The notes below the pieces were generated by a model. The model did not search any database. It was not told where the DNA came from and saw nothing but the letters and a program-made list of their open reading frames with translations. The translations under genes and the position numbers were made by a program. DNA of 53,188 nucleotides from an uncultured Candidatus Peribacteria bacterium (lineage in GTDB: Bacteria; Patescibacteriota; Gracilibacteria; Absconditabacterales; Absconditicoccaceae), in contig CAYRHE010000001.1 in assembly GCA_964424095.1 (NCBI GenBank), positions 1-53,188 of the forward strand, written 5' to 3'. Below, one piece after another: positions 30,403-41,990 of the stretch; position 1 is the stretch's first letter; the number at the start of each line of letters is the position of its first letter.

Positions 30403-31446
30403 ATGAAAAAACTAATATATAAAATATTTTCCAACAAAAGAACAATTCTGGTTAGTTTATTGGCTTTTTTGATAATCATTTTTGTGGGAATATTTACAAT
30501 AGACATAAATATGTTGGATATAAATTTTGGAATATGATATACCATAATTCATATAATTTTTCATATTCTTTTGAGTTTGTTGGTGGCTTGGATTGTAGCT
30601 ATAAAAATGTATACAATTAACCAAAAAGAAAACATAGAAAACAAAAAAATTTCCAATATTTGACTAATTCCTGCTATAATTGGAACAATTCTTACGTGAT
30701 GTCCTGTTTGTTCAGTTACTTTGGTTTCAGCACTTTGACTTACAACAATTTTGAGTTTTTTACCTCGGTATTGATTGGAACTAAAAATTTTATCAGTTTT
30801 TGTTCTGTTTTGGACCCAAGATATTATGATCTGAAATATTGACTGATGCAAATTATTTAAACGAAAAAAATGGTTTTTATCAAAAAGTTTTGTATATAGC
30901 ATAATTGTTTTGATATTGGTGTTTTTTGCAACTTTTTTTGTGACACAAGAAAAAAATTATACAACAATAATGGGATGAGTTGTTGTTTACCCTAGTGATG
31001 ATTACAATGTTTTTTCTTATTCTCTTCAAGAAGGTTGCTCTGACAAATCTTATTACTTAGAAAGTTTTACTCAAAATACAAAAGATACAAAAATAAATTG
31101 AATTTCTGTGTATGATTTGAAAAACATACAAAATTTTGAAATATGCAGCAAAGAACGATGAATAGAATGAGATATTAATCAGGAAAAATTCTTTGAAATT
31201 ATCCAAGAATACAAAAATTCAAAAAAAATGAGTAAGTTGAAAAACATAAACAACACTTTGTTTTTACAAAAAAATATAAAATGTGAAGACTATTTAAAAC
31301 CATATTGTTTGGGATCTGAATATTGGCTTTATAAAAATAACTTACTTTATAAAGTATTGGTTGAAACTATAGATGAAAAAGAAATTGAAAAAGAATATTG
31401 AAATATATTGATGGACCAAGAACTATCAAAATGGTTTTTTTATTAA
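30403..31446 (+). CDS. Membrane protein with intramembrane gCPVCS motif and Cys-containing extracytoplasmic domain, hypothetical
   Basis: ATG 30403, TAA 31444-31446, 347 aa with TGA=Gly. Divergent from the NifX-like/permease operon. Confidence 0.5.
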
Positions 31447-31510
31447 TACAAAAAAAACAAACATCTAAATGATAAAAACAATTAGATATCTGCTTTTACA
31501 AAAAGCACTA

Positions 31511-31645
31511 TTATTTCTTTTCTTTTATCTTATTTTTGTCTGCTAAACTAAGAAGATAAATAAACCCACCAAGAGCAAGAAGGAAAAGTCCAACCCCTCC
31601 TGGAGATCACCAAGCAAGTGGATGAAAAAAAGGATCTAAGAACAT
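31511..31645 (-). CDS. 44-aa ORF resembling a detached C-terminal sorting signal (motif, TM helix, Lys-rich tail)
   Basis: MFLDPFFHPLAWgSPGGVGLFLLALGGFIYLLSLADKNKIKEKK. Its frame stays open far upstream, across the 3' end of the Cys-rich gene. Confidence 0.3.
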
Positions 31646-31661
31646 GAGTATGATAATAAAA

Positions 31662-32741
31662 TTATAAAGGACAATCCAAACCATCATAAGGCCAACACAT
31701 TTGATGTGTTGCATGACAATAGTGGTTAACAGGACATTGTGAAGTACTTGTACAAGCTCAACATGGACCAACATTTTGGTCATCACACCAACCATTTGAT
31801 TGCCAACCATTTGTTGTACAATCGGCTTTATGATCTCAAAGACCACAAATATGTGCTCAAATTGTATTTGTATTATGACATTTTCCAAGATATGTTTTTG
31901 TAGTACATATAAAGTCAGTTGTTTTACAAGTATATCATTGCTCAACTACACATGATTCATACAAATAACTACCATTTAATGCTCAATTAAGACATTGCCT
32001 TTGTTGAGATACACAACTACTTCATTCTGATACTACTGGAGACTGATAAGCATCAACGCAATCACCATGTTGAATATATGTTGTAGCAGACCATGGCAAA
32101 GAACATTTTGTAGTACATGTTGATGAAGAAGAATGACAAGCTGCTGTTCATCAAATACCAGATGTATCTGTTATTGGTGTTCATCAACTATACCAAAAAC
32201 GCCAAGTCGAGTCTGAACCGTTACATACCGCTTTGTATGTCCATTGACTTGATCGATTACATGGATCAGAATATTTTTGAAACAACCTAACTTCTGCTCA
32301 TGAATTATGACATCAACATATTTGACTATTTGTATTTTGATAATAGATTTGCTTTCATAAAGCAGTTCTTAAACTAGATTCCGAACATTTACCAGCAGAA
32401 CAAATAGCACTTCAACAAGATACTGGACAATCATTTAAAGTAATATTTGACGGTTTATTATTACGAAAAGCTGTATATTCTGCAGATGTTTTTGTGGGAA
32501 CAAAAAGTCCTGTATCTGTTGTTCATCAATATCTTCTACAAACTCAATACTCATAAATATTGGATATAATTGTTGTGGAGTCATTTCATGCGGAATTCAA
32601 AGAAATTGCGGTTTTATTTGTTGATAATTTGTATCACCAATTTCATTGATTACTTGTTTGAGCATACAAAAATCAAGCTACAGATATAACAAGAAATCAA
32701 ATAATAAATAAAAAACTTTTATTCGTTTTTACTTTTCTCAT
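31662..32741 (-). CDS. Cysteine-rich secreted protein
   Basis: ATG 32741, TAA 31662-31664, 359 aa with many TGA=Gly. Signal peptide MRKVKTNKSFLFIIgFLVISVAgFLYAQ. More than 30 Cys. Confidence 0.6.
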
Positions 32742-32773
32742 TTATAATAGAAAAATATAAAACTAAGCAATAT

Positions 32774-34567
32774 TTATTTTTTTAAATTCACGGTCAATCA
32801 CAAATCACTCAATAAATTTTCATCAATTTCTCATGGAGCATCAATCATAAGATCACGATATCTTTGATTTTTGGGGAAAGCTATAACTTCACGAATATTT
32901 TCCATATTTTGATATAACATAACTGTTCTATCCAATCCAAACGCACATCAACCATGTGGCGGTACTCCATATTCAAATGATTTGAGCATATGTCAAAATC
33001 TTTCTTGTATTTGTTTTTCTGAAAGTCATAAAATTGCAAATATTGCATGTTGCAACTCTCTATCATGAATTCTAATACTTCCTCATCAAGCTTCACTACC
33101 ATTGAAAATAATATCAAAACAATCAGCTTTGATAGATAAAAGTTTTTGTTTATCTTCCTGTGTCATTGATCAACCTTCACTCATCTTTTTCCCTAATGCT
33201 TTTACAAATGGAATATCTTCATCTTTTGGTTTTGTAAATGGATGATGAACAGCACCAAGAGATCAATCACTTCCTGTCTCAAACAAAGGAAAATCTACTA
33301 TATGAGCAAAACTTACTTCATTTTCTTTATTTTTTAGTACATCAAAATCACCAATAAGTTTGGTTCTAAGCATACCAAGATATTTTGTTACATCCTCCCA
33401 TTCTCCTACTTGAAACAACAAAGTCCATTCACCCTCAAGTTTGTTTGGTAATTTTTCCAAAGCTTCTGGAGTAATGAATTTGGATATAGATCATTTGAGT
33501 CATTCAGAAGTCATTGACAACCACGCCAATCCCTTGGATCCATATTGTTTGAGATATGTTTCATACTTATCTGCTTCTGATCTACTAAGCGATTTTGGTA
33601 ACAAAATTGCCTTGATACAAGACGCTTGTTGAAACAATCCAAAATCTATAGATTTTGCTCGATCAGTAAGTTCTTGGAAAGCAAATTCTGTAGTTCTAAG
33701 TTCTGGTTTATCTGATCAATATTTATCCATCATTTCATGCCAAGTATATATAGGAAATGGTTCTTGAGTAATTTTCTTTTGTGGGAAAATTGTTTTGGTA
33801 ATATATATATAATATCTCTCAATAATATCCAAAACATCTTGTTGCTGGACAAAAGACATTTCAAAATCAACTTGAGTAAATTCTGGTTGACGATCTCATC
33901 TAGGGTCCTCATCACGAAAACATCTTGCTATCTGTACGTATTTGTCCATTCCTGCAACCATCAACATTTGTTTTTGTTGTTGGGGAGATTGGGGAAGTAC
34001 AAAAAATTTACCTGGTTCAAATCTTGCAGGAACTATAAATTCTCTAGATCATTCTGGTGTGTTTTTTACAAACGCTGGTGTTTCTATATGTAAGAAATTT
34101 TCTTGATCAAAAAATTTGATAGTTTCTGTGTAAATTTTGTGTCTAACAATCATGTTTTGTTTCATTGTTTCTCTTCTAAGATCAAGATAACGATATTCTA
34201 GTCTAATATCTTCTCCTACAGGAGCTTCATGATCAATAGGAAAAGGTAGTTCTTTGCAAGTAGAAAGAACTTGTATAGCAGTTGGCGAAATTTCAATTTC
34301 GCCAGTAGTCATTTCTTTGTTTATCATATTTTCTGGTCTAGCTATTACATCACCAGTAATCTTTAGTACATATTCTGATTTTATTTCTGGCAATGGGAAA
34401 GTATGCCTACTTGGATCATATGTTACCTGAGTAATCCCATATCTATCACGAAGATCTATAAATGTCATTCATCCCAAATTTCTAATTTTATTTACCCAAC
34501 CAGAAATAATCACATTTTGTCATATATTTTTTCAAGTTAATTGTCAACAGGTATGCGTACGATACAT
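32774..34567 (-). CDS. aspS: Aspartyl-tRNA synthetase
   Basis: ATG 34567, TAA 32774-32776, 597 aa. MYRTHTCgQLT..., [10 protein letters not shown]-terminal [14 protein letters not shown]. Joins four track ORFs in one frame. Confidence 0.9.
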
Positions 34568-34737
34568 CCAATACAATAAAAAATAAAATATTAACCAAAT
34601 ATTTAATTAATTCTGACTTTTAATCAAGGTAATATAAAAGTTTTTTGAAGCTTTTGAAACACTATTGCTTTTTGTATACAATTCCTTATAAAAATATCCA
34701 ATATCGTATCAAAACAACGCAGATTATTTATATAGGT

Positions 34738-34759
34738 CCGCATTTGTGCGGTTTTTTTT
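34738..34759 (+). promoter_or_regulatory. Terminator-like hairpin in the typA leader (possible attenuator or short sRNA end)
   Basis: ccgca-tttg-tgcgg followed by eight T, 19 nt before the typA ATG. Candidate promoter TTGAAA-17-TACAAT at 34654-34682. Confidence 0.4.
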
Positions 34760-34777
34760 ATTCATTAGAGTTAAATT

Positions 34778-36598
34778 ATGGCTATCAGAAATATAGCAAT
34801 TATTGCCCATGTTGATCATGGAAAAACAACTTTGGTTGATGCAATACTTACACAATCAGGAACTATGAAACAAATGGAAGATCAGACTTTGATTATGGAT
34901 AGTAATGACCAAGAAAAAGAGAGATGAATTACTATTTATTCCAAAAACACATCTGTCCATTACAATGGAAATACGATAAATATTATCGATACTCCAGGAC
35001 ATGCTGATTTTGGAAGTGAAGTAGAAAGAGCTTTGAAAATGGTAGACAGCGTACTTTTGGTGGTTGACGCTTACGAATGACCAATGCCACAAACAAAATT
35101 TGTTCTCAAAAAGTCTTTGGAACTTGGTATAAAACCAATTGTAGTAATCAATAAAATTGACAAAGATACAGCAAGACCTCATTGGGTTGTTGATCAGCTT
35201 TTTGATTTGTTTTTTACGCTTTGAGCTAGCGAAGAACAAATGGATTTTCCCGTAATTTACTGTAGCGCAAAAAATTGATACGCATTTGATGATTTTAAAA
35301 AAATTGAAGAAGCTAAAACAAATTGAAATATTTTTCCTATTTTGGATCTTATAGAAAAAAAAGTTCCTGAAGCACCAAATAACTTTGACAAACCATTTCG
35401 TATGCAAATAACTAATTTGGGATATGATGATTTTATGTGAAGACTTTGAATTTGAAGAATATATGAATGAACAGTAAAATTGTGACAAGATGTTGTTGTT
35501 TATGATAATAATTGACAAAAAAGAAAAGCCAGAATATCAAAACTCTATACTACACTTTGACTATCTAGGGTAGAGACAAAAGAAGCTATTTGTTGAGACA
35601 TAGTAACTCTTGCTTGAGTTGCCAATATTTATGTAGGAGAAACTGTTGGTATTGATTGATGTGATCCGTTTCCACCAATAAAAGTAGATGCACCAACACT
35701 GAAAATGGATTTTCTAGTAAATGACTCCCCTTTTGCAGGACGTGAATGAAAACTTGTTACTTCTAGAAATATTATGGAAAGATTGGAGAAAGAATTACAA
35801 ACCAATGTTGGTTTGGAAATAGATTTTGATAAATGATGAAATAGATTTAGTGTTGCAGGAAGAGGTGAACTTCATCTTTCCGTCTTGATTGAAACTATGA
35901 GAAGAGAGGGTTTTGAGCTTCAAGTATCAGCACCACAAGTGATTTTTAAAATGGAAGATGGTAAAAAAATGGAACCAATCGAACACGTGGTTATAAGTGT
36001 TGATGAAACATTATCAGGAACTATTATTGACTTACTTGCAAAAAGAAAAGGACAAATGACTGATATGATGACTCATAATGGTATGACAACTTTACAATTT
36101 GATATACCCACTAGATGATTACTTGGATTTAGGTCAAAATTTGTATTACTTACAAAATGAGAATGAATTATGTATAGTTCTTTTTCTCATTATACCGAGC
36201 ACAAATGAGATTTACCAACTAGAACAACTGGATCTATGATTAGCCAAGAAAATGGGAAATCTATGAAATATAGCATTTGGAAACTTCAAGAAAGATGAAA
36301 AATATTTATCCAACCTGCTTCAGAAATGTATGTTTGAATGATTGTTGGAGAAAGTGCAAAACCATGAGATATGACTGTAAATCTCACAAAAAACAAACAA
36401 CAAACAAATGTAAGAGAGAGTGGAAATGACGAAGCAATGAGACTTGAACCAATTGTACCTATGACATTGGAAGACTGCCTAGCATATATTGGTCAAGATG
36501 AATATGTGGAAATCACACCAAAAAATATTAGAATTAGAAAAATATATTTAACTGAAAGCGCCAGAAAATTAGCACAAAAAGAATGAAAACTAGAATAG
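34778..36598 (+). CDS. typA: Translational GTPase TypA/BipA
   Basis: ATG 34778, TAG 36596-36598, 606 aa. [21 protein letters not shown], ERgITI (TGA at 34925-34927), [12 protein letters not shown]. Confidence 0.92.
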
Positions 36599-36622
36599 AA
36601 TTTACATTTTAAAACAAATATT

Positions 36623-38092
36623 ATGTCAAATAATCAAAACCCTGTTATTCTTCGTTTTGATGATGTGTCTTTTGCTTATAATGATGGAAAACATCCTATT
36701 TTGATAGAAAGTAGTTTCTCTCTTCGTCAAAACACCAAAATAACTATTATGGGACAGAATTGAGCTGGAAAATCAACAATTTTTAAAATGATTACTTGAG
36801 AACTAACACCCCAATCTGGTAAAATAAATATCGTAAATGGAAATACTATTGCTATTGCAAGACAAGTAATCCCAAGAGAACAATTGGATCTTACAATTAA
36901 AGAGTTTTTTGAAACTGCTTTTGAAGAAAAAGACTATCAAATAGATAGAAAAATTGCTGAAGTTTTGAAAGCTGTAAATTTCAACGCACCAACAAACAAA
37001 CCAATAAAAGAATTTTCTGGATGACAACAAGCTAGATTATTGTTGGCATACGCAATGATTCAACATCCTGATATTCTTTTGCTTGACGAACCAACCAATA
37101 ACCTTGATAAGACAGGTATTGGTGATTTGATTAGTTTTTTGATGGCATATGATAAAACTGTTGTGGTAATTAGCCATGATGCTGATTTTCTTAATCTTTT
37201 TACTGATGGAGTATTATATCTCAATAAAATGCGTTGCCAGGTTGAACAATACTGGGGAGATTATTATGATGTAGTAGAACAAATTGCTGCACAAATAGAA
37301 AAAGAACAAATGCAAAATGCTAGAGCTGAAAAAAAAATTGCTGACGCCAAAGAAAAAATCAACTTCTTCTCAAATAAGTGAGGTAAAATGCGTAAATTGG
37401 CTAGTAAAATGAGAGATGAAGTAGAAGAAGCAGAAGATAATATTGTAGAAGTAAGAAAAGATGATAAAACTATCAAAGAATTTATTATTCCTTTTGAAAA
37501 TTATGTATGACCTATTGTATCGATAAACAAAATCTGACTTATGAACTCTTCTCACGAAGTTGTGACGCATAAGTTACCACTTGTTATTAAAAAAAATCAA
37601 AGATACATCCTTTCTGGACCAAATGGTATCGGAAAATCTACGCTTCTCAAAAAGTTGGTTAATTCTCATGACAATGATGCTATGATTCATGAAGATGTAA
37701 GAGTTGGTTATTATAGTCAAGATTTTAATGCTTTGGATATGGAAAAAGTAGTATGGGATGATCTTCGTGAAGTTGCTGGAGATATGACAGATCAAGATAT
37801 TTATCGTGTTGCTGCACAATTTTTACTTACAGGTGGTTTACTCAAAAATACTATTGGTTCTCTTTCTGAAGGACAGAAATGACTCCTCTGTTACGCAAGA
37901 TTTGTCCTCCAAAAACCGCATCTCCTCATCCTTGATGAACCAACGAATCATATAAACTTTCGTCACCTTCCTGTGATATCTCAGTCCTTGAATAAATATC
38001 AATGAGCAATGATTATGGTTAGTCATGATGAAGTTTTTGTTAATCAATTAGATTATTTAGAAAAAGTAGATTTAGGTAAATTAATCAATTAA
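36623..38092 (+). CDS. ABC-F family ATPase (two ABC domains, no TM domain)
   Basis: ATG 36623, TAA 38090-38092, 489 aa. GQNgAGKST, FSGgQQARL, LLLDEPTN, second Walker A GPNGIGKST. Confidence 0.85.
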
Positions 38093-38097
38093 AAAAA

Positions 38098-38117
38098 GCG
38101 GAGAAATCCGCTTTTTT
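38098..38117. terminator. Bidirectional terminator between the ABC-F and DEAD-box genes
   Basis: gcgga-gaaa-tccgc flanked by an A-run and a T-run. Confidence 0.55.
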
Positions 38118-39519
38118 AATTATGTTTTGGTTTTCCCATTCATCTAAATTTTCAAGATTTTGGTTTTGATGGTTTTATATGTCTATCAACATTTCTGTTT
38201 TCAGCTCATAAACCTGTTTTATGTTTTTTGTGTTTGGGATTACTACGAAAATTATTTTCTGTTTTGATAGGTTTTTGGTCGTCGAATAAAGGGAGCTTTC
38301 CATATTTTTGGGTGGGACTTAGGCGTTTTCTTTGCATTGGCTTTCTCCCCCCTCCTTTCTTGTCTGTAGATCTATCCAAACGAAGATTTCAATAGGCTCA
38401 TTGTCTATCGTTTTGCATAACATGATCTGAAGGTTGGATCCTGATTCTATGAATTTTTTCTATTTCTCTAACCAAAGGTTTTTCAAGTGGAGAAACAAGC
38501 ATAATTGCTTTACCTGTAGCACCAGCTCTTCCTGTTCTTCAAATTCTATGAATATAACTTTTGGCATCGATAGGCACATCAAAATTGATAACAAGCCCAA
38601 CATTTTCCATATTCAGCCCTCTAGCAGCAACATCGGTAGTGACTAAAATCTGAATTTTATTTTCTTTGAAACTATTTAATGTAGATTGTCTTTTGCCCTG
38701 AGCCATATCTCCATTTAGCAATCCTGCATTAAATCCATCTCAGATCAAAATTTGATGTATTGTTTTGGTATTTCTTTTTGTATGTGTAAAAATAATAACC
38801 TTATCTTTTGGGTGAGCCTCAATAACTTTGATAACGTTAAAAAGTTTTTGTTCATGATCTACGCTAAGATATCTGTGGTTTATTTTGTCAACAGTTACTT
38901 CTTCTCCTATTTTGATAAATTCATAATCGGAAATATGTTCTTTGATTATTGTTTTCATTTCATTGTTCATCGTAGCAGAAAACGTGTAAGTCTGTTTTAC
39001 CATTTTTAATTGAGCTCGAATTTTTTTGATATCACGGACAAACCCCATATCCAACATTCTATCAACTTCATCAAGAATAAAGTAATCAACTGTTCTAATA
39101 TCTATTACCCTTTGATTCATAAAATCCATTAATCTTCCTGGTGTCGCAACAACAATTGCAGGACTTCTTCTAAGTTTATCTTTTTGGACATTAGGGCTTG
39201 CTCCTCCATATAGACAAGCAAAACTAACCCCATAAAATTTAGTTAAATTTCTAATCTCTTCTCCTATTTGAACAACCAATTCTCTAGTCGGAGCAAGAAT
39301 CAAAACTTGCACAGATTTTCTATTTGTATCAATTTTATTGAGCACAGGAAGCAAAAATGCCGCTGTTTTTCATGTTCATGTTTGAGATTGTCCAACGACA
39401 TTTGCACCAGTAAGAGCAACCTTAAGAACTTTTTCTTGGATTGGAGTAGCTTGGGTATATCACATAGCGGTCAAAGACCTTAATAATCCATGTTTTAATC
39501 AACATTCACTAAATAACAT
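38116..39519 (-). CDS. DEAD-box ATP-dependent RNA helicase with basic C-terminal tail
   Basis: ATG 39519, TAA 38116-38118, 467 aa. GQSQTgTgKTAAF (motif I), LDEVDRM (motif II, DEAD-box variant DEVD), SAT, HRIgRTGRAG. Confidence 0.9.
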
Positions 39520-39608
39520 TAATTTATTTGTAACTAATAAAATATACGCAACAATTGCGTTTGTTTATGCTACGATTTTGGAGTAAAATAGCAAGGAAGA
39601 GTTTCTTA

Positions 39609-40670
39609 TTATTTTAATAAATTATAAATTTTTCTAACAACTTTTTTACGAATCGAATCTTTAAAATTATTTTTTAATTGTCTTTTATTATCAAAATCTA
39701 TTTTTTGCGGATTATTTTTTTGTACATCAAAATCTTCTGGCGAAATTACTTCTCATACGATATTACCATTTTTATCTCTTACTAATCAAGCTATTGTGTC
39801 CATCAACTTTTTCTGATCTATAATATCTATAATTTCTTTTGATGATATTGTTTTGATATCTATAAAAACATCTCATGTACTTCGATTATTATCAGTTTCT
39901 TTAAGTCATTTAATGTTAGGATTTTTAAGACTGGTACCATTTGTACCAACAAGAACGATTTCATGTTCTGATTCAGCAAGAGACTTTATAACTTTTATTG
40001 TTTGCTCTACTCAATCATCACTTTGGAAAGAAATTGATTTTATAGTTCAATCAGCATTCCAATTTATAATATCTCTTGTACCAGTTGGCGCCATTAAAAC
40101 AATTTGATCTGAATTTTTAGTCAAAGATAATAGTTGTTTTAAAAAGTTTAATCTTATAGACTTTATTTTGTTTTCTATATCATCTATTTTATCTCTAGAT
40201 GGAACTGTTTTTAAAATATTAGCTAATGACTGCAAAGAAAATATTTGCTTTTGAGTTGTTATAGCCGGTCCTACTACTATATTTAAATCTTTTTTGAGAT
40301 TTATACTATCAAATTCTTCTTTTGCGAATTTGTATAACTCTTTTATAAAAACAACCATTGTTGCAAAATTATCGTGATTAAACAAAACAATTTTTGATTT
40401 ACCATTATTATTTGGAGAAACTATTGATTTCATAATTGATTCATACTTTTTAATATTGTATGGTAAAACATCAATATGTGAATCCAAAACTTCAAATATA
40501 GCCTTTTTATTTATATCCAAAAAACCAGATTTTATTGGATATAAAATCTGATCAACATTATCTTTTATCAACTGTTTTGGTAATAATCAATTTTTCAAAC
40601 TCCTTGAATGGTAATAATCATGATATATTTCAGACTCTCTGTTTATACCCAAAGATTTTTCCTTTAACAT
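39609..40670 (-). CDS. Hypothetical protein with weak PlsC/GPAT-like acyltransferase blocks
   Basis: ATG 40670, TAA 39609-39611, 353 aa. Extends track ORF 40047-40571 in both directions. APTGTRD resembles acyltransferase block III. The function call is tentative. Confidence 0.45.
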
Positions 40671-40734
40671 AAAAATTTTTCAACAGATAAACGTATGTTA
40701 TTATTTTATACAATCAAAACAAAAAGTCAATATC

Positions 40735-41931
40735 TTATCAAAGAAGATTAGTAAAAAAATTGGGATTAATCTCAAATAACATTCTGAGTAAGGCAAATGA
40801 AAACAAAAAAATTCACTCTCGTTTTGAAAGTCTTCGACCAGTTCTCATAAATAAAAAAGTAATTGCCAACGTAACAAATAATATTAATACTGAAAATATA
40901 TTATCTCTAAACAACATTTGAAAAAATCACTGATTACATTGTTCTATAATAATACAAGTTGAAGTCAGATTTAATGGTGTTATAACAGAGCTTACTCAAA
41001 TAATTCACAAAATATTGAATATATCGGAACCAATAACATTTCAAACTCACATATCGTATCTTTTTTTGATTATTGCAGTAATAGTTGCTGCCATTTCTGG
41101 TAAGCTTGTGCCAGCTGCAACAATAGTTGCTCATATAGCCCACTCTGAAACACCGAAAACTTGTGCAATATATACCGCCGCACTCACTACATGCTCTGAA
41201 GCCAAAACCAATAATCCAAGACTAGCTATTAATTTAATTAAATTTAAAAGAACTCAATTTGATGATTTATTGTAATCTGGTATATCTTTTTTGTAGAAAG
41301 CAAATCACAAAAGTGACAAAATAATTCATACAAAAATTGCAGCATAAATAGAAAAATCAAAAGACAAGTTGAAACCTCAATCTACAACTGAACTGTGAAT
41401 AATTGACAAAGAAATTAATCAGACTAAAATGTATGCAATGTTTTTTATTTTTGGTTTTGAATCATCTACAACTTCTTCTGTCAAAGCTTCTTTTTTGATT
41501 CGTAGATAACTATTGTATCAAATCAATGATGTAAGTAATATCGCTCATTCTCGCCAAGCGACATGTTGATCCCAAAGCATAGCAAAGATAGCAGCTGTAA
41601 CAATCAAAAGGAAAAAACCATCTCTATAAACAAGTTTTTTTTGAATAACAATAGGAGCCACAATAGCACTAAGACCAAGAATAAACCCCAGATTAAATAT
41701 ATTTGATCCTATAACATTTCATACAGACAAAGCTCAACTTCAATTGATAGCAGCCATAGCTGAAAGAAAAAGCTCTGGTGCAGATGTACCAAACGCAATT
41801 ACTGTAAGTCCTATAAGCAATGGCGATATTTTGAAATAATTAGCGATTCTTACGCTAGAAATAATTAGATAATTTGCAGCAAATCACAAAAGAAATAAGC
41901 CAAGAACAAGTAATATTATAGCCAATATCAT
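40735..41931 (-). CDS. Ca2+/Na+ antiporter (CaCA family, YrbG-like)
   Basis: ATG 41931, TAA 40735-40737, 398 aa. Alpha-repeats GTSAPELF and GTSLPEMA, each followed by gNVIGS. Confidence 0.8.
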
Positions 41932-41990
41932 ATTTCTAATTTACAAATAAAATCAAGAATTTGATATTTATTTGTATTAATAATTCAAGA

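Noticed and set aside
34856-35518. 220-aa minus-strand ORF.
   Set aside because: It is antisense to typA, whose plus-strand frame carries all the GTPase motifs.
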